A program made the position numbers and the translations under genes. 64,000 bases of DNA from Trichoplax adhaerens (taxonomy: Eukaryota > Animalia > Placozoa): the NCBI RefSeq assembly GCF_000150275.1, contig NW_002060958.1, positions 938,272 to 1,002,271 on the forward strand, given 5' to 3'. The notes under the pieces are model-generated. The model saw nothing but the letters and a program-made list of their open reading frames with translations, did no database searches and was not told the origin of the DNA. Of this stretch, positions 31,880 through 46,260 are shown one piece after another (the stretch's first letter is position 1; the number at the start of each line of letters is the position of its first letter).

Positions 31880-32400
31880 AATTTTGAATGAACAATGTTG
31901 TCCCACTGTGGTTGAAGGCGTTGTGTAGTGTCAGCGCTGTCACTTCACTTGCAAGATATCGCTCGCTCCTGTCGATGGAGAACGACTACTATGGACGATC
32001 ATCATTATTGGCTAGGGTACCGGTACGGTACGCACTGGACCGAGTCCCCAGTGACACCTTGTCGACGAGTGAGGCTCCAACTTGGAGTCAAACATGGCCA
32101 ACGGCTGACCTGTTCCAGTGTGACTTGTGTCGATCAACGTTGCAAACGATTCAAGCGTTGGATTGCATTGTTTGAAGCCATTGATAATCCACGGTGGTGT
32201 TATTGTTGCAAGCAACACGTGAGCCAAAAGTGGCGCGAAATACCAAAGCAATAATGCGATTTGGCGCGAAAGCTATGTGACGTATGGACGTTGATCAAAA
32301 GCGTAGGATTGCGTTTGGCTCCTGTGACAAACTTACACCACCGGACAAAAACTTTCCAACAAGGCAAAGACGAAGAGCCAATATACAATTCTACAATCTA
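31880..32400. promoter_or_regulatory. GC/CpG-enriched island, putative bidirectional promoter for MCM6 (-) and POFUT2 (+)
   Basis: Locally GC-rich with gtaccggtacggtacg near 32017-32032. Minus-strand donor TTG|GTAAGT at ~31773 could pair with the acceptor at 29937. Both genes have an acceptor just upstream of their ATG. Confidence 0.45.
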
Positions 32401-32711
32401 CAGTATAGTAGGCTGGACAATTTAACCACAATGAACCATAACATGATTTGTTGAAAGCCCTACTGTGCTGCACAGTATCAACTTACAAGTTGAAAGCAAC
32501 CATTGGTCGTTGCTTTCCATTTTCTGTATTTCAAATTTCTGCACAACGTGTACAATATTATTGTTCTGTCCTGACCATACCGTACAATTCAATCGTCACT
32601 GCTTTCCTTTACTACTGCACTTTAGTACTTTACTTTAAAAGACGTTCGATGTGCTCTTCTCTACTTGTCTCTGATTGGCTATCCTATACGGTCATTCATT
32701 CCAGCTAGGAT

Positions 32712-33662
32712 CAAACTACAGACTCCAACGCTCTCTAAAAATTGCAAACTACAGACTCCAACAGTCTGTAAAAATTGCAAACTACAGACTCCAACGCTCT
32801 GTAAAAATTGCAAACTACAGGCTCAAACGCTCTGTAAAAATTGCAAACTACAGACTCCAACAGTCTGTAAAAATTGCAAACTACAGACTCAACAGTCTGT
32901 AAAAATTGCAAACTACAGACTCCAACAGTCTGTAAAAATTGCAAACTACAGACTCCAACAGTCTGTAAAAATTGCAAACTACAGACTCCAACAGTCTGTA
33001 AAAATTGCAAACTACAGACTCCAACGCTCTCTAAAAATTGCAAACTACAGACTCCAACGGTCTGTAAAAATTGCAAACTACAGACTCCAACGGTCTGTAA
33101 AAATTGCAAACTACAGACTCCAACGGTCTGTAAAAATTGCAAACTACAGACTCCAACAGTCTGTAAAAATTGCAAACTACAGACTCCAACGCTCTGTAAA
33201 AATTGCAAACTACAGACTCCAACGGTCTGTAAAAATTGCAAACTACAGACTCCAACGGTCTGTAAAAATTGCAAACTACAGACTCCAACAGTCTGTAAAA
33301 ATTGCAAACTACAGACTCCAACGCTCTGTAAAAATTGCAAACTACAGGCTCAAACGCTCTCTAAAAATTGCAAACTACAGACTCCAACAGTCTGTAAAAA
33401 TTGCAAACTACAGGCTCAAACGCTCTGTAAAAATTGCAAACTACAGACTCCAACAGGCTGTAAAAATTGCAAACTACAGACTCCAACAGTCTGTAAAAAT
33501 TGCAAACTACAGACTCCAACGCTCTCTAAAAATTGCAAACTACAGACTCCAACGGTCTGTAAAAATTGCAAACTACAGACTCCAACGCTCTCTAAAAATT
33601 GCAAATTACAGACTCCAACGGAACTACAGACTCCAACGCTCTCTAAAAATTGCAAACTACAG
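32712..33662. repeat. 33-bp tandem minisatellite (~29 copies) with internal inverted repeat
   Basis: Unit caaactacagactccaacagtctgtaaaaattg; TACAGAC/GTCTGTA 7-bp stem; TTGCAA palindrome at unit junctions. Confidence 0.97.
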
Positions 33663-33804
33663 ATCCTCTATCAGGGTCTAAAATAATGCAAACCATCGCC
33701 AGGTGGATCTACGCCAAGTAGATCCTGCGAGGGATTAACTTGAAATTCATTCCATGACTATTTCTACGCAAGAAATGGCTTTTGAGGATGATGATAGTCA
33801 TTTT

Positions 33805-34720
33805 ATACTATTTCACTCGACTTTGGCCACACAGTCTGTTCGTTTTGTCTCGTTGGATCGTGACAAAGTGTTCATGACTGAGCAGAAAGTTGCACTAAAA
33901 AGGACAACTTGCCAGCAATTCCGGAAATACTATTTGACACTACTTTGGCCACACAGGCTGCTCGTTCTGCCTAGCTTGATCGTTACAAAGTGTTCATGAC
34001 TGTAAAAGCTGAGCAGAGTGTTGCACTAAAAAGGACAACTTGCCGGTAATTCCATACTATTTTACACTACTTTGACCACACAGCCTGCTCGTTCTGCCTA
34101 GTTGGATCATTACAAAAAAATCATATTCCTGTTGAAAACTGTAAAGCTGAGCAGAAAGTTGCACTAAAAAGGACAACTTGCCAGTAATTCCGGAAATACT
34201 ATTTTACACTACTTTGACCACACAGCCTGCTCGTTTTGTCTAATTTGATCTTTACAAAGTCTTCATGACTGTAAAAGCTGAGCAGAATGTTGCACTAAAA
34301 AGGATAACTTGCTAGTAATTCCGGAAATACTATTTTACACTACTTTGGCCACACAGGCTGCTCGTTTTGTCTAGTTTGATCTTTACAAAGTCTTCATGAC
34401 TGTAAAAGCTGAGCAGAATGTTGCACTAAAAAGGATAACTTGCCAGTAATTCCGGAAATACTATTTTACACTACTTTGGCCACACAGGCTGTTCGTTTTG
34501 TCTAGCTTGATCATCACGAAGAACTATATCGATGTTTAAGACTGTCGAGCTGAGCTGAATGTGCACTAAAATGGATAAACTTGCTAGTAGTTCTACACTA
34601 TTTTACAACACTTTAACCACTCAGGCTGCTCGTTTTGCCTAGTTTAATCGTTACAAAAGAATCCATATTTCTCTTCATGACTGTAAAGCTGAGCATAAAT
34701 GGGCACTGAGATGACAAACT
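33805..34720. repeat. ~131-bp degenerate tandem repeat (~7 copies)
   Basis: tactttg(g/a)ccacacag...gttgcactaaaaagga recurs, e.g. at 34210, 34341 and 34472. Confidence 0.9.
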
Positions 34721-36397
34721 TGCTACAAGAGATCATTTCATAGACTAAAGATAGGAAAGCTCAATTTTTTCCAAATGGAATTGGACTACAAAAACTGATA
34801 TGGCCAAAAAAGTTGCTTTGCTCAGCGGAATAGAATAGAGACTGCAATGACAAACTCGTTCAAGGAAATAATTTCCCACTGTAGACAGTAGATAACAAGG
34901 CTATCGCTAGTTTGATTGCAAAATGTAAAATCATTAATACTCTTTTAGCATCGCTGATCAGAATATGTATTGAAATTCATAAAGTTACTGTGGGAAACAG
35001 TTTCACCGACAAAAATTGTAAAATGTGATGCCTTGATCATCTATTTATAATTTACTTGAGTAAATGAATGCTCTTGCACATTCCTCAAGTAATCTTACTT
35101 ATAGGAGCTTCAAGAATCGTTGAAATCAATGCTGAATTGTTGTTATACCATCAATTTCACGGTATGGCGTGTATTACATATATCACCAATATCTCTTCAC
35201 GCATACCGCAATTTCTTGGGTTTGTGCCAATAGCTGTCGTATCCATGTCTTTAATTTTTAGCAGCAGATAATACCGTACCATGAGAAAAAGCCAATAGCC
35301 ATAACAATTTATTTTACTTGCTATGACAGTTGCGTCCTCCATTCGTCCATCGCTCTAATATAGTTCATGACATGGATTGACTTATTTTTTTCCCCCCAAT
35401 TTTCCTATATCTGCAGTATACGCGTATACCCGTATATAATTAATGAAATACTTTATTCAACAGCATCGCATTCAATTCACAAAAATCGAGCTCAATGCAA
35501 GTTATAGCCATGTTGCAGCATCGACTTGTGCTAAGCTCGCCATTGAGTTGATAATCATGATTTTACAAATATGAACGCAAAATTTATTGACAAATCTGCA
35601 ATGCTTGCCACTACCATGGACTCCTAAAGGTCTTCTTTTAGTAGTCCATGCTACTACCATGAATGACTCAATCTTGCCAATCCTTCCGTTGGCAGTAGTC
35701 ATGGATGGAATGATCGCTATCCATCGTTTGAACGGATTTATTTATTTATTTTATTGACTACTATACTTATACGATGGACTATTGCTATACCGTGCTTGAA
35801 AGCCTTATTCATACACTACTAAATTCCCCGATAAATTTACTAGTTCTTGCCTTATTGTATCCAACAATTGTTATTATAATATTATGACGCAATGATTCCA
35901 TAATTAATTAAGCAATTGCTCTAGTTGGCGTATTGTCATCCATTGGCATCTGTTGCCCTGCAATTTATCCTATCGTACTCTGCAAGTAGGATGTAATTGG
36001 CGTTGGAAGTGATGGATGTGATCAATGGCCACGATGAAAATTGAACGGGATTGATCGACGGTGATGATCATCTTATAATTCGTCTCGATAGTAAAAATAG
36101 GTTGGCTAGTCAAGTAGTGATGATGATTAGAAGTGATTCTTGCTCTCTCTTTCGATCATATATGGTACAGCAGCATTGGATGTAATAGTGCACACAACTT
36201 GTCGATTCCCAAGCAATCATTTGCTTGCTCTAGCTTTAAACTAGTTTCAATAATGTACTTAGAAAGAAAACTGTATGAGATAGAAATAAACTTGACTGTA
36301 ATCTAATCTCCATTTTTTTTTTTTACTTTCAATACATTAATTATTATTAAATCAATGTGAGATTACAACTTAATTATCTTAATTAGGTGGATAAAGG

Positions 36398-39194
36398 ATG
36401 AAGACGAAGATCCGCTCGATTTGTTATTTACCTTTAGTTATGCTATTGATGGTGGCCACTCATGCACAGCATGACGATAACGAGGCTGAACATCAACAGG
36501 ATACTTCTCATGCATTTCTACCTTCCAATACTGATCACATACAAGTTACTTCTTCAACTCATCGTAACCGCTACTTAATTTATGATGTCAACGATAGCGA
36601 AGGATTTAATCTAAGACGAGATGTTTACATGCGAATAGCCAATTTAATTATTCAACTCAATCAACGCCAACACTATCATTGGACTTTGGTTCTTCCTCCT
36701 TGGAAGAGAATGTATCATTGGCGATCAACTCCATCTCCAAAGCAATTTCCTTTACCATGGAAAACATTCTTCGATATCTCAAGTTTAAATAAATTCATTC
36801 CTGTCATGGAATATCAAGATTATATCAATCAATTTGGTCAAACCATTGATGAAATTATCTATTTACAACCCTATCCTGATCCATTTGAAGGCGGTCAATT
36901 TGTCGATAAAGTTGAAGAAACCAATTGTCAATCTAATCAAAAATATAAATTAATGAATGGAAATTACTATGGCTATTTCTTTGGTCTGAAGGGTATTACT
37001 GCTCGAAAATTGCGCTGTATGTTGGCTCAAGGTATGACTAGTATTATCATTCCAAAATTGCAGCAGAGCAAAGCCAGGTAATGTCCAAATGAATTGAAGG
37101 TTAAAATTATGCTCCTTTTCACTCTCTATAGCAACGATACAACAGCTCCATAAAAGCAAATTGACATACTGTAATAGTATTACTATCTTGCTTTAAAGCA
37201 AACTAGACAACATGGAGTCGTTTTTATGAAATAGTCTTACCAAATTTCTCTGACCTTTGCGTTGTAAAACTTGTTGATTGACTGTTGATGATAGCATCCA
37301 TTTCCTGCAATGGCTAGAACCAAGAAACTTTCAATTACAATAATTGCCCCCTATAGTGTGTAGGCAGGGACTTTTAAGACTAATATTAGCCTTAAAAGTC
37401 CTTGGTATAGGCCTGTACCTACAGTATTCTATGACTCTATCTGATTTCGCGTAAATTACAAAGTCTATCCCTTTCTTTATATCAAATTTACAATGCATGT
37501 TATATTTGCTACATACTCGTATATTGATAGGCAAGGGTTAGGATATTCAGTTTTAGGTATGATCAGCAATTTTTAAGGTAAATCTTTCGTTAACTTAATC
37601 ATACGTTGCAATCCATGAACTTTACTCTTTCCCATTGGAATGTATATTTTCCCTTCACGATTTTATTCTCTATGAGCTACTACACCTTTTTAGGTACGCT
37701 TATATTACAAAAATAGCACCAATATTCCAATAACACAGTACGAGTTATAAGAATCGCAATGATGGGTTGGATAAGACATGTTACAAATGATGCTTTCTTT
37801 TCCAATGAAATGACATTGAATCCAGGATTTATACAGTAGTCCCTATAGGCTGCTGTAATTTTTTATACATATGATCAAAATATAATAATCATCAAATACT
37901 AAAGAAATAATGACTAGGATAAATTATGTCACTACCGTGACTGATCCAGTCGTAACCTCTTGACATCCATTAATTTACTCCAGCGTGTCCATAATTCTAA
38001 CATAGCAGATCAATTTATTCAATTTTTGCATTAACAACTTTTACCTGTAAAAGAGGGCAACCTCTTTGTGTCTTCTAAGTTAAAGATTTATAGCGTTTAC
38101 CCGGCAAGGCAGAGGAAAATATTTTATGCAAATAGAACTAATATCTGTAAATTCGTTTCTATTTTTTGTATTTTAGGCTAATATTACTTGATCGAGCCGA
38201 AAACTTGCTACACGAAGCATATGGCCAGGTTGGCTACTGGAATGTAAGTAACTATTCTATTCTGAAGAGATGCATTGGAAAATTGCTAACTTATCAATCA
38301 TACACATTTCACTTCAATTACAGCACTCTATAAACTTATTGAACTCAAAGTTGTAATAATATTTACGGTTACGTTAGCTTTTTGAAATAGAGTACTAGCA
38401 GATATACTCGTAAATGCAATAGTTTGAATGCTAATTCAAGATGACCTCAAAATAGCTAAAATGAGAAAATTACTCCTTATTTTTTATAGTCTAGAAGAAG
38501 TTTAGTATTTGCTAAACATTTACGTGATGAAGGTAATCGCTATCGCCAAGAAATTTTGAATTCAACGGATGAACAAGATCATATTGTAAGGCATTCAGAC
38601 TGGCGATTGCTGAATGTAAAAAAGAGCAAAAAGAGAGGTGGTAATTATTTGGCCGTTCATTTACGTAGAAGAGATTTCTTGCAAGGCCGCAAAAATGATA
38701 TTCCATCTCTTGAAGAAGCCGTCCTCCAGATTAAGTCAGCTATGAAAAAAACGAATCTTTCCAAGGTTTTCCTCGCTACTGATGCTGAAGAATCAGGTTT
38801 GAATAGCATTCGAGACCAAATGGAGATTATGCTTTGCTATGTTACTAGTTAGTACAGCATGAGGCCAATGCATTCCAAGTAATGTAGATTGACTAAAGTA
38901 TTTCTATTTACACCCACAGAAATTGCTATATTAAAATCGAAGCTTCCTATCAACACCTACCAAGCTACACCTGATAGGATTCAACAATTTGGCGATGGTG
39001 GTATCGCAATTATTGATCAATGGATCTGTGCTCATGCGAAATATTTCATCGGCTCTAAGGAATCAACCTTTTCTTTCCGTATTTATGAAGAGCGAGAACT
39101 GATGGGTTTCAAGTCCAAAATGACTTATAATCAACTCTGTAATCATCATCAATCAAATTGTGAAGGCCCTTCTGAATGGAAAGTAGTCTATTAA
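36398..39194 (+). CDS. POFUT2: GDP-fucose protein O-fucosyltransferase 2
   Basis: Hydrophobic N-terminus; YLIYDVNDSEGFNLRRDVY, WTLVLPPW, LLDRAENLLHE, GGNYLAVHLRRRDF, VFLATDA, IIDQWICAHAKYFIGS..STFSFRI.EERE. Approximate exons 36398-37077, 38177-38243, 38490-38796, 38920-39194. Confidence 0.95.
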
Positions 39195-40686
39195 ATTCAA
39201 ATCGATGAAAGCATAGGACTTTGATTCAAAATAAAATTGTAAACTGCACATGTCAAGATTATCCATCTGTGATGAAACAAAATAAAGCGACAAAGTATGT
39301 CTCAAGTTTAATGGTGTCATAGCATCTCTTCTAACTTCAAATTTAAAGAAGGGGAATCCATTTGATAATGACAGCAAATCGACCGCAATAAACTCACTTG
39401 CTTGCGAAATAGATGTAATAGAGTTAATTTCCTACGGTGTAATACAGCATTACAGTATTTCTATCGACACAGTATCCACATAGAACGATCGATCAATACA
39501 GCCATTGCATTTTAGTCATAAACTTTGGTGCTTATTTTATTTCCTTATGCCTTTTTGGGTTTAGCGAGCCTGACCGCGTTTCGAATGCATCCACAACGGT
39601 TAATACCAGACACGACATTATTAGATAATAATAATATTATAATAACATGAGTAATAATATGAATCATCATAATAATATTATAGATAATAATATTAATAAT
39701 ATTAATAATAACATGTTTGATTTCAGAATGATATTACAACTGAACAGATCATAGCAAGTATCCATACAGGATGCGATAGTGCAAAAATTAAAGATATAAT
39801 GAAATTAGAAATGATATAAAAATGGCTATAACGTCATCAGATAATTTTGCATATAGTTTAGTTGAACAATTGCGACTTTAAAAAAGACATCGTGCACGCA
39901 TTCAACATGGCTAGAAAGCGCGGATAAAATAACATCAATATTACAAATGCAAACATTGAATAAAACATGCATTAATGACAGAATCAACTGAATTTACGAT
40001 ATCAGCCGTTAATAAATACTTTTTGGTAGTCTCTTGGAAGGTTAGTGCAGAATATGGTCTGATGATGATGTTAAGCATGTTATAGGATTGGTTAATGAAT
40101 TCACTGCACATAGCATATACTGTACAACAACGATATTAAATCATAATAATAACGTCATCTAATTGACTTTTGCTTTGCAGAATAATTCACTGAGTAATCT
40201 TTAGCGTTAACGATACCATATTCAGTACTAGTATTGTGAATTTGAGAAGATAATTTGTTGTGATTTATCGCAACTTGAGCATACATATAAAGTAGACCAA
40301 GAAAACAAACAGCAGCATAAAGCTGAAATTGAACGGTATAATTCTATCTCGTTGTAGAATAAAGAGTATAGAAAATGTATTAGAGGTAGGTAAATGTTTT
40401 TAGTATAAATGAAGAATAATCATAGTAATTTTCTCTTTTTAAAGTAATCGGTTAATATGAAGGTTATGACGGCGAGTGAATAGAAATATTAAAGAAACAT
40501 GCAAGCGGTAAAGATACTGTAATTATACAGTAGTTAAGCGTTAGAAAAACATAGCCATGCTGTGCGTATTAAATCTGTGTCAGTCTTAGGAAGAAACAAA
40601 ATAGTTAATAGAAAATTTGTCGTCTAATCTAATGCACTACCTATTTGATAAATAGATATAAGCATAGAATCGAATATGAAATATTA

Positions 40687-43327
40687 TCATTTATAATTAG
40701 ACGGGGATTCAATGATCATAACATCGGGTGCATAGATTTCAATCGAATCGGACATTCTTTTAGGCACTCGTTTTCTGCCCTCCTTTTTCATTTCTTGTAA
40801 CTGCTTTCTAAATAATTCCCTAACTCTAGCTTTCTCTTCTGCCTGCGGTGAAGGCTGTGGTGGTTCAGTAGCTTGTTTCTCTACCGCTGATTGTCTAAGC
40901 ATTACTTTTCGCTTACTAGATGAAGAAGTCTTAACAAGAGAAAATTTGACGTGTATTACACCATGAGTTATACATTGTATATATATTGAACGATTAATAA
41001 AAATTGAACTGTATAAAATTGAAAATTCTACTCTCGGGTTAACTTCCCAATTGGAAAAACTCATGGGAAATTGTAAAGCATCATAATCTACTTACTTTGA
41101 CTACATTTTTACAATCATCATTTTCTGCCCAATCATTGTCTTTACAAAGTTGTAAACTCTTAAATGCCTCGGTAACACTATCAACCTAGTAGGAAAATAA
41201 AGGATTTCATCTCAATATGAATTGAAAAGAAATGATAATGCAACGTATTCAATTTGGTGCAACGGTAATTTAAAAATCTATAATGTATGTTTAGTTCTCT
41301 TTTCACGTTTATGGTATCAATATGGTGAAAATGACTTTTATTGCGATAGTTCTACAATGTTGCTAATTCATGGGTAAATATCTGCATATTTACAGTAAAA
41401 ACAATACCATGATTATGTAATGTATGCGTATACAGTATAGCTTTAAGTAAGAAAATTTGCAAAATTATCGGTCTGTCGATGCCACTACTATCGATAGGTA
41501 AAATATTATTTAACACTTTGCTATCGATTAGTCAACTTGTACCAATGTAAAAAAACACGCGAAAAAATTGCAAGCTAGCATCAATTTCCACTTGTCATGC
41601 ATTGAAAAATGCCTAACTAAATCATAATGTATACTGTACACGTCAAAGTGAAAGATGCTATCACAAACACCTACTTGGATTAATACCATATCCCAAAATC
41701 CTTGGAGATCGGATACTTTGGTTTCTCGACCATTTTCTACATCATCCTATAATATATCCGATTCGATTGATTGTATTAATATGAATACTATAGTATTCGT
41801 TATAAATGACAACATTAGCTCTTTTAATCGACACTATTATAGTGCATAGATATAATAGTCCAATCTTGGTTGTGATTTCTTGCATGAGCAATTTCTACTC
41901 TTCTCCATAACTATCACATTGTCTTTCTTAACATCAGTTGCAATAAAAAAAGCGACATACTCTTGGTGATAGCTAGTTTAAAGCTATGGTCAATTATCAC
42001 ACCTTTACAATGCTTACGTAAGCTATGCCATTTGCATGAAAGCATGATCTCAAATCTTCACAATGTACTCTATAACAGGTTGTGATAATTTGACGAGTCT
42101 AACATAACCAAGTACTACTGCCTCCTTCCACTGCTAGTTCTATGTCATACCGTAATATCGTCTACATACAACACTGCTCCATCTTAAGCTAGTATACTAT
42201 TATTTTTAGCCATGATAAAATGCTGCTAGTCACTGTAATATCTAGAAATGATTCATTATACTATTAGGGAAAATACTACAATATCGTCTACATGGATCAC
42301 CATTATCGGTCTATTGAATCTCCAGCTACTACACAAAAACCGCTTTTAGCCATGATAAAATGTTCAAGACTATTCTAATCACTTGAATATCAATTACATT
42401 ACCGAGTCTTAAGCTACTACACAAAACTGTTGTTAGCCATGATAAAAGGTTCAACATCATCCTCACCACTTGAATATCAGTTATCAAGATGTTGAAATGA
42501 TCCATTTTACACTATTAGCGAGCGAGTATACTATACAGTATCGTTTACATGCATCACTAATGATCGAGTCTCAAGCTACTACACAAAAAGCGTTTTTAGC
42601 TATGATAAAACATTCAAATGTATCACTTGAATATCAAGATGTAGAAATGATTCATTTTTATACTATTAGCGAGCGAGTCTACTGCAATCTCGTCTACTGT
42701 ACATGATGCATGCATCACCATTATGGGTTTATCGAGTCTTGAGCTACTACATCAAAACCGTCTTAAACCATGATAAAAATATTGCAGACTATCCGAATCA
42801 CTGGAATATTAAAATCTAGAAATGATCCATTTTTTGTAGTTTTTCCATGTTATACCATTAGGAAGAAAAACTACCGTCAAGACTATGGTAATGCTACTTG
42901 TATTGCATATGTAGTAATTTTGATACAATGATTATAAGCGATAATATGAAAGCACTTACACTAGTACCACATAACTTCCTAAACTGTTGAAATTTCTTAT
43001 TCAATAAAAGACCTGATTTGCCGATAGCAGCACGTATTCTTCCCAATGCTGTCCAATAACAACAATAATATGATGATGTTTTATAATTGATGAAACATTT
43101 TCATTCTGCTAGGTATCCATTATGATGAATGCAAACACTAGTATTTCTATCCACTAGTGTCAAAAAATAGTGCTATGGTAAGGAAATGGATAGCAAGTAC
43201 CATGTCGTTTTTACCTTCATCGGGGACATTTTCTTCATGAGCGACACCTTCCCAATATTGACAAAGACTTTTGAGTCTTTCTTCTTCCTTACAAACTATA
43301 TCGAGGAAATAGTTTCTATCCATTGAT
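40687..43327 (-). CDS. GKAP/SAPAP (DLGAP family) GH1-domain protein; possible extra upstream exons to ~46795
   Basis: Approximate exons 43215-43327 (MDRNYFLDIVCKEEERLKSLCQYWE), 42960-43048 (LGRIRAAIGKSGLLLNKKFQQFRKLC), 41675-41746 (TKVSDLQGFWDMVLIQ), 41096-41185 (VDSVTEAFKSLQLCKDNDW), 40687-40930 (...ARVRELFRKQL...SDSIEIYAPDVMIIESPSNYK*). DLxGFWDM and GRIR.A.G...LL..KF.QF..LC are GH1 hallmarks. Confidence 0.85.
42150..42830. repeat. Degenerate tandem repeat inside a DLGAP-like intron
   Basis: Recurrent agctactacacaaaa...ttagccatgataaaa...cacttgaatatc...gaaatgat blocks with irregular spacing. Confidence 0.7.
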
Positions 43328-44864
43328 CTAATTTAATAGGTTGAAACAAAACACATTGCAAGTCAATTTAGGCATTTTCTACTGATGATGGTTGTTAGGC
43401 ATAGGATAACGAATAAATTTTGAACCTTTTACAATATGAACAAAAAAGTCAACCAAGCAATAACTCTTTTAAGCGTTAATCCTAAAGGGTAAAATCAACT
43501 AGAGGCTATAATCGTTTTTATTTCGTTGACATTGGATTTTTTCACTTGAACAATGGTATCGAGTTGTCAATAGCAGCTGGTTTTAAATGATAGCTTATGC
43601 GTCAAGGTAGAGATGCTTTCTGTATGCCTCATGAATGGAACTAATTTCATCAAAAAGCTCATCTAACCAAGCTATTATTGTCATTAAAGTAGTAGGATAG
43701 GAAATTACCACTCCTACGACGCATATTTTATTTTAGCAATTAATCGTTTAGCATTGATGTTATAATTAAGTTATAAAATCACTGCTTGACAATGTAATAA
43801 CAAGATTTTAACTAAATCACTGTTATCATCCTTCTCGTCTTGGCAATGATTCGTCTACTTTCAATCAATATCGCCTACTTTGACAGATGTAATTGACTGC
43901 CCATAGGGAAAGGCCAAGACTAATTTTGTTGATCAATGTAGCAGGCCTTGACGATGAACAATAGTTGCAATTGCACTTTTTGGGGGTTTTGATTATTGGA
44001 AAAAAATCAGCACCACTACAATGGTGTCTTGACAAGCAATAAGGCTAATCAAAACTAAACAACAACCACTGCAAGATCTCCTTCTTTTTCAATCTACTTC
44101 CATGTTGTAAACTGGTGTCAAGAGAGAAGCATTGATCATACTATCTTGTCTTATCATTATGCTGGATCAGTAGCTCAACCAAATTGCCTAAAGGAAAGGT
44201 AGCAAATGTGTAAACAACGAGGATAGACCGTATGCTGCAACATATGTTTATTGACATCAATGATGAAATTTGGCTTTTTCTGAATAATGATTATCATGGA
44301 AATTCTTCTCTTGATGACAGTGTATCTATTTTACTGTCTATTTATATGTACGTTTACCCTTGATGATATCCCTCGATCAATGGACGGGGATAGAAAGTGA
44401 AATCGAGTCCGTTCACTAGTCATGTCGATCCCCTAGATGTACTATGATAAAAGTGGTCTAATTCTTCTTTTCCAAGATGGGCATGCATGGTTGTACCTTT
44501 CACTATGATTATTGTACATAGAGCTTTATTCTTTAATTGGGTGGCAATACTTGTTTTCCTCTCCAGCTGACTATTGAAATGAAGCAACTACGGCCAATCA
44601 TAAGCCTCAATGTTGATTGTTTATTTGCATACAATTTTCTCTTGATGCTATGACATGAAATTATCCCTGATGGCAATCATGATAACTTGATTAATAGTTA
44701 TTGTTGTATGCTAGCAAGGGGTTATAATGTAGAATTTTTTCAATCGATTGTAGTCCATTTCTAGCAGTCAAGAAAGTAAAGCTTCATAACCCTATCAACA
44801 TGTCTTTTTACCTGATCTGACTGCCAGCAAGAAATAGCAGAGTAGAGGTAGAGTTAAACTGATC

Positions 44865-46260
44865 CTGAAACACATGAACAAGGACATGTCAAAATATCCA
44901 GTTTGCTTATGCAATGAGGATTGTATTTCTTGCATTCGATGCTCCTAGTGGATGGAGTTAAGTTGATCGCAAAGGATGCAATAGCATAACATGAATACAG
45001 ACGAGTCAAAATACCGATTTTGCTTATGCAATAAGTATTTGTATTTCTTGCAATCGATGCTTATGGCGGAGTTAAGCTGATGGCAAAGGATACAATACGA
45101 GTAGAATAAAATGAATCAAGACGTGACAAAATACCCCTTTTCCTGATGCTATGAGAATAGCATTTCTTGCATTTGATGCTTATGGAGAATAAGCTGAATG
45201 ATAGATACTACACGGTTATTCTAATGAAGAAGAAAATACCATTATTTTATGCTATAGTAGCAGTGGAAAGAACATGAATCAACGGCCATTTTAATCGAAC
45301 CTTTGGTCTCACCCGGTAGAAATAAAGTACGGTAGATGGAATAGATCGCAACGCCTCGAAGAGGGCTTTGCTTAAGCATCTTGCCCATGATGTTCTTCCA
45401 GAGTACGCTGACTCATAGACAAGTGCTAGGGAAAGCCAGGTTGTACCGGCAAGAAATACCTCCTACTGCATATGTCCATCAACAGCAGTAGTCTACCCAT
45501 TTAGAATTAGAATGGATACAAGATAGACGAGAATAAAATAGAACTTTGCCATAGTTCAAGACCCTGCTTGGGATGGTCTTATGAGATCGTAAAGTGCTAG
45601 AAATGTATTGATACAATTCCAAGGAGAGGGATGATTATCATTCAATCTGTCTAGAAATGGAGGCCTCTGGAATCAAGTCCCCACTAAAACATAAAATTCT
45701 CCTTTTTGGGTTCTTTTAACTCATGTCGATTATACTTGCAAACAACTGGCAAGGATAAAATCCAATTGAAATAGGAACGTAGTGGGACCATGGCAAGGAT
45801 AGCTTATCATCATTTAATCTCTGCAGGAATGGAGGGCAGAGTAAACCACTTGCAAAATCATGGTCGATCAATTCTTACGTAACGTTAGAAGTAAGCAGTC
45901 AAGGATAAATTTCATTGCAAAATGAATGCATTGAGACTATTCCAAGAATAATCTATCATCATCATTCCATCTCTGTAGGAAGAGAGGGCAAAGTAAACCA
46001 CTTGAAAAGCCATGATAGATTCATTCTTACGTAGGCTTAGGGGTTAAGCAGTCCAAACTAAACTGCAAAACCAATGCATCGAGACCATTTCAAGAATAGT
46101 CTATCATCATCATCATCATTCCATCTCTGTAGGAAGAGAAGGCAAAGCAAACCACTTGAAAAGTCATAGTAGATTAATTCTTACGTAGGCTTAGGGGTTA
46201 AGCAGTCCAAACTAAACTGCAAAATCAATGCATCGAGACCATTGCAAGGATAGGCAGAAT
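44865..46260. repeat. Two degenerate local duplications (~120 bp x3 at 44865-45200; ~180 bp x3-4 at ~45600-46260)
   Basis: Repeated aaaatacc...gcttatgcaat...tatttcttgca blocks, and tcatcattccatctctgtagg...aaaccacttg...ttcttacgta blocks. Confidence 0.7.

Noticed and set aside
32712-33662. CRISPR-like array (33-bp palindromic repeats)
   Set aside because: Units are head-to-tail with no unique spacers, there are no cas genes, and the context is eukaryotic. The same applies to the 38-bp array at 14001-14565.
32665-33686. 338-aa, 270-aa and 201-aa ORFs as real proteins
   Set aside because: Explained by a stop-free 33-bp unit open on both strands, with an internal frameshift and no convincing start context.
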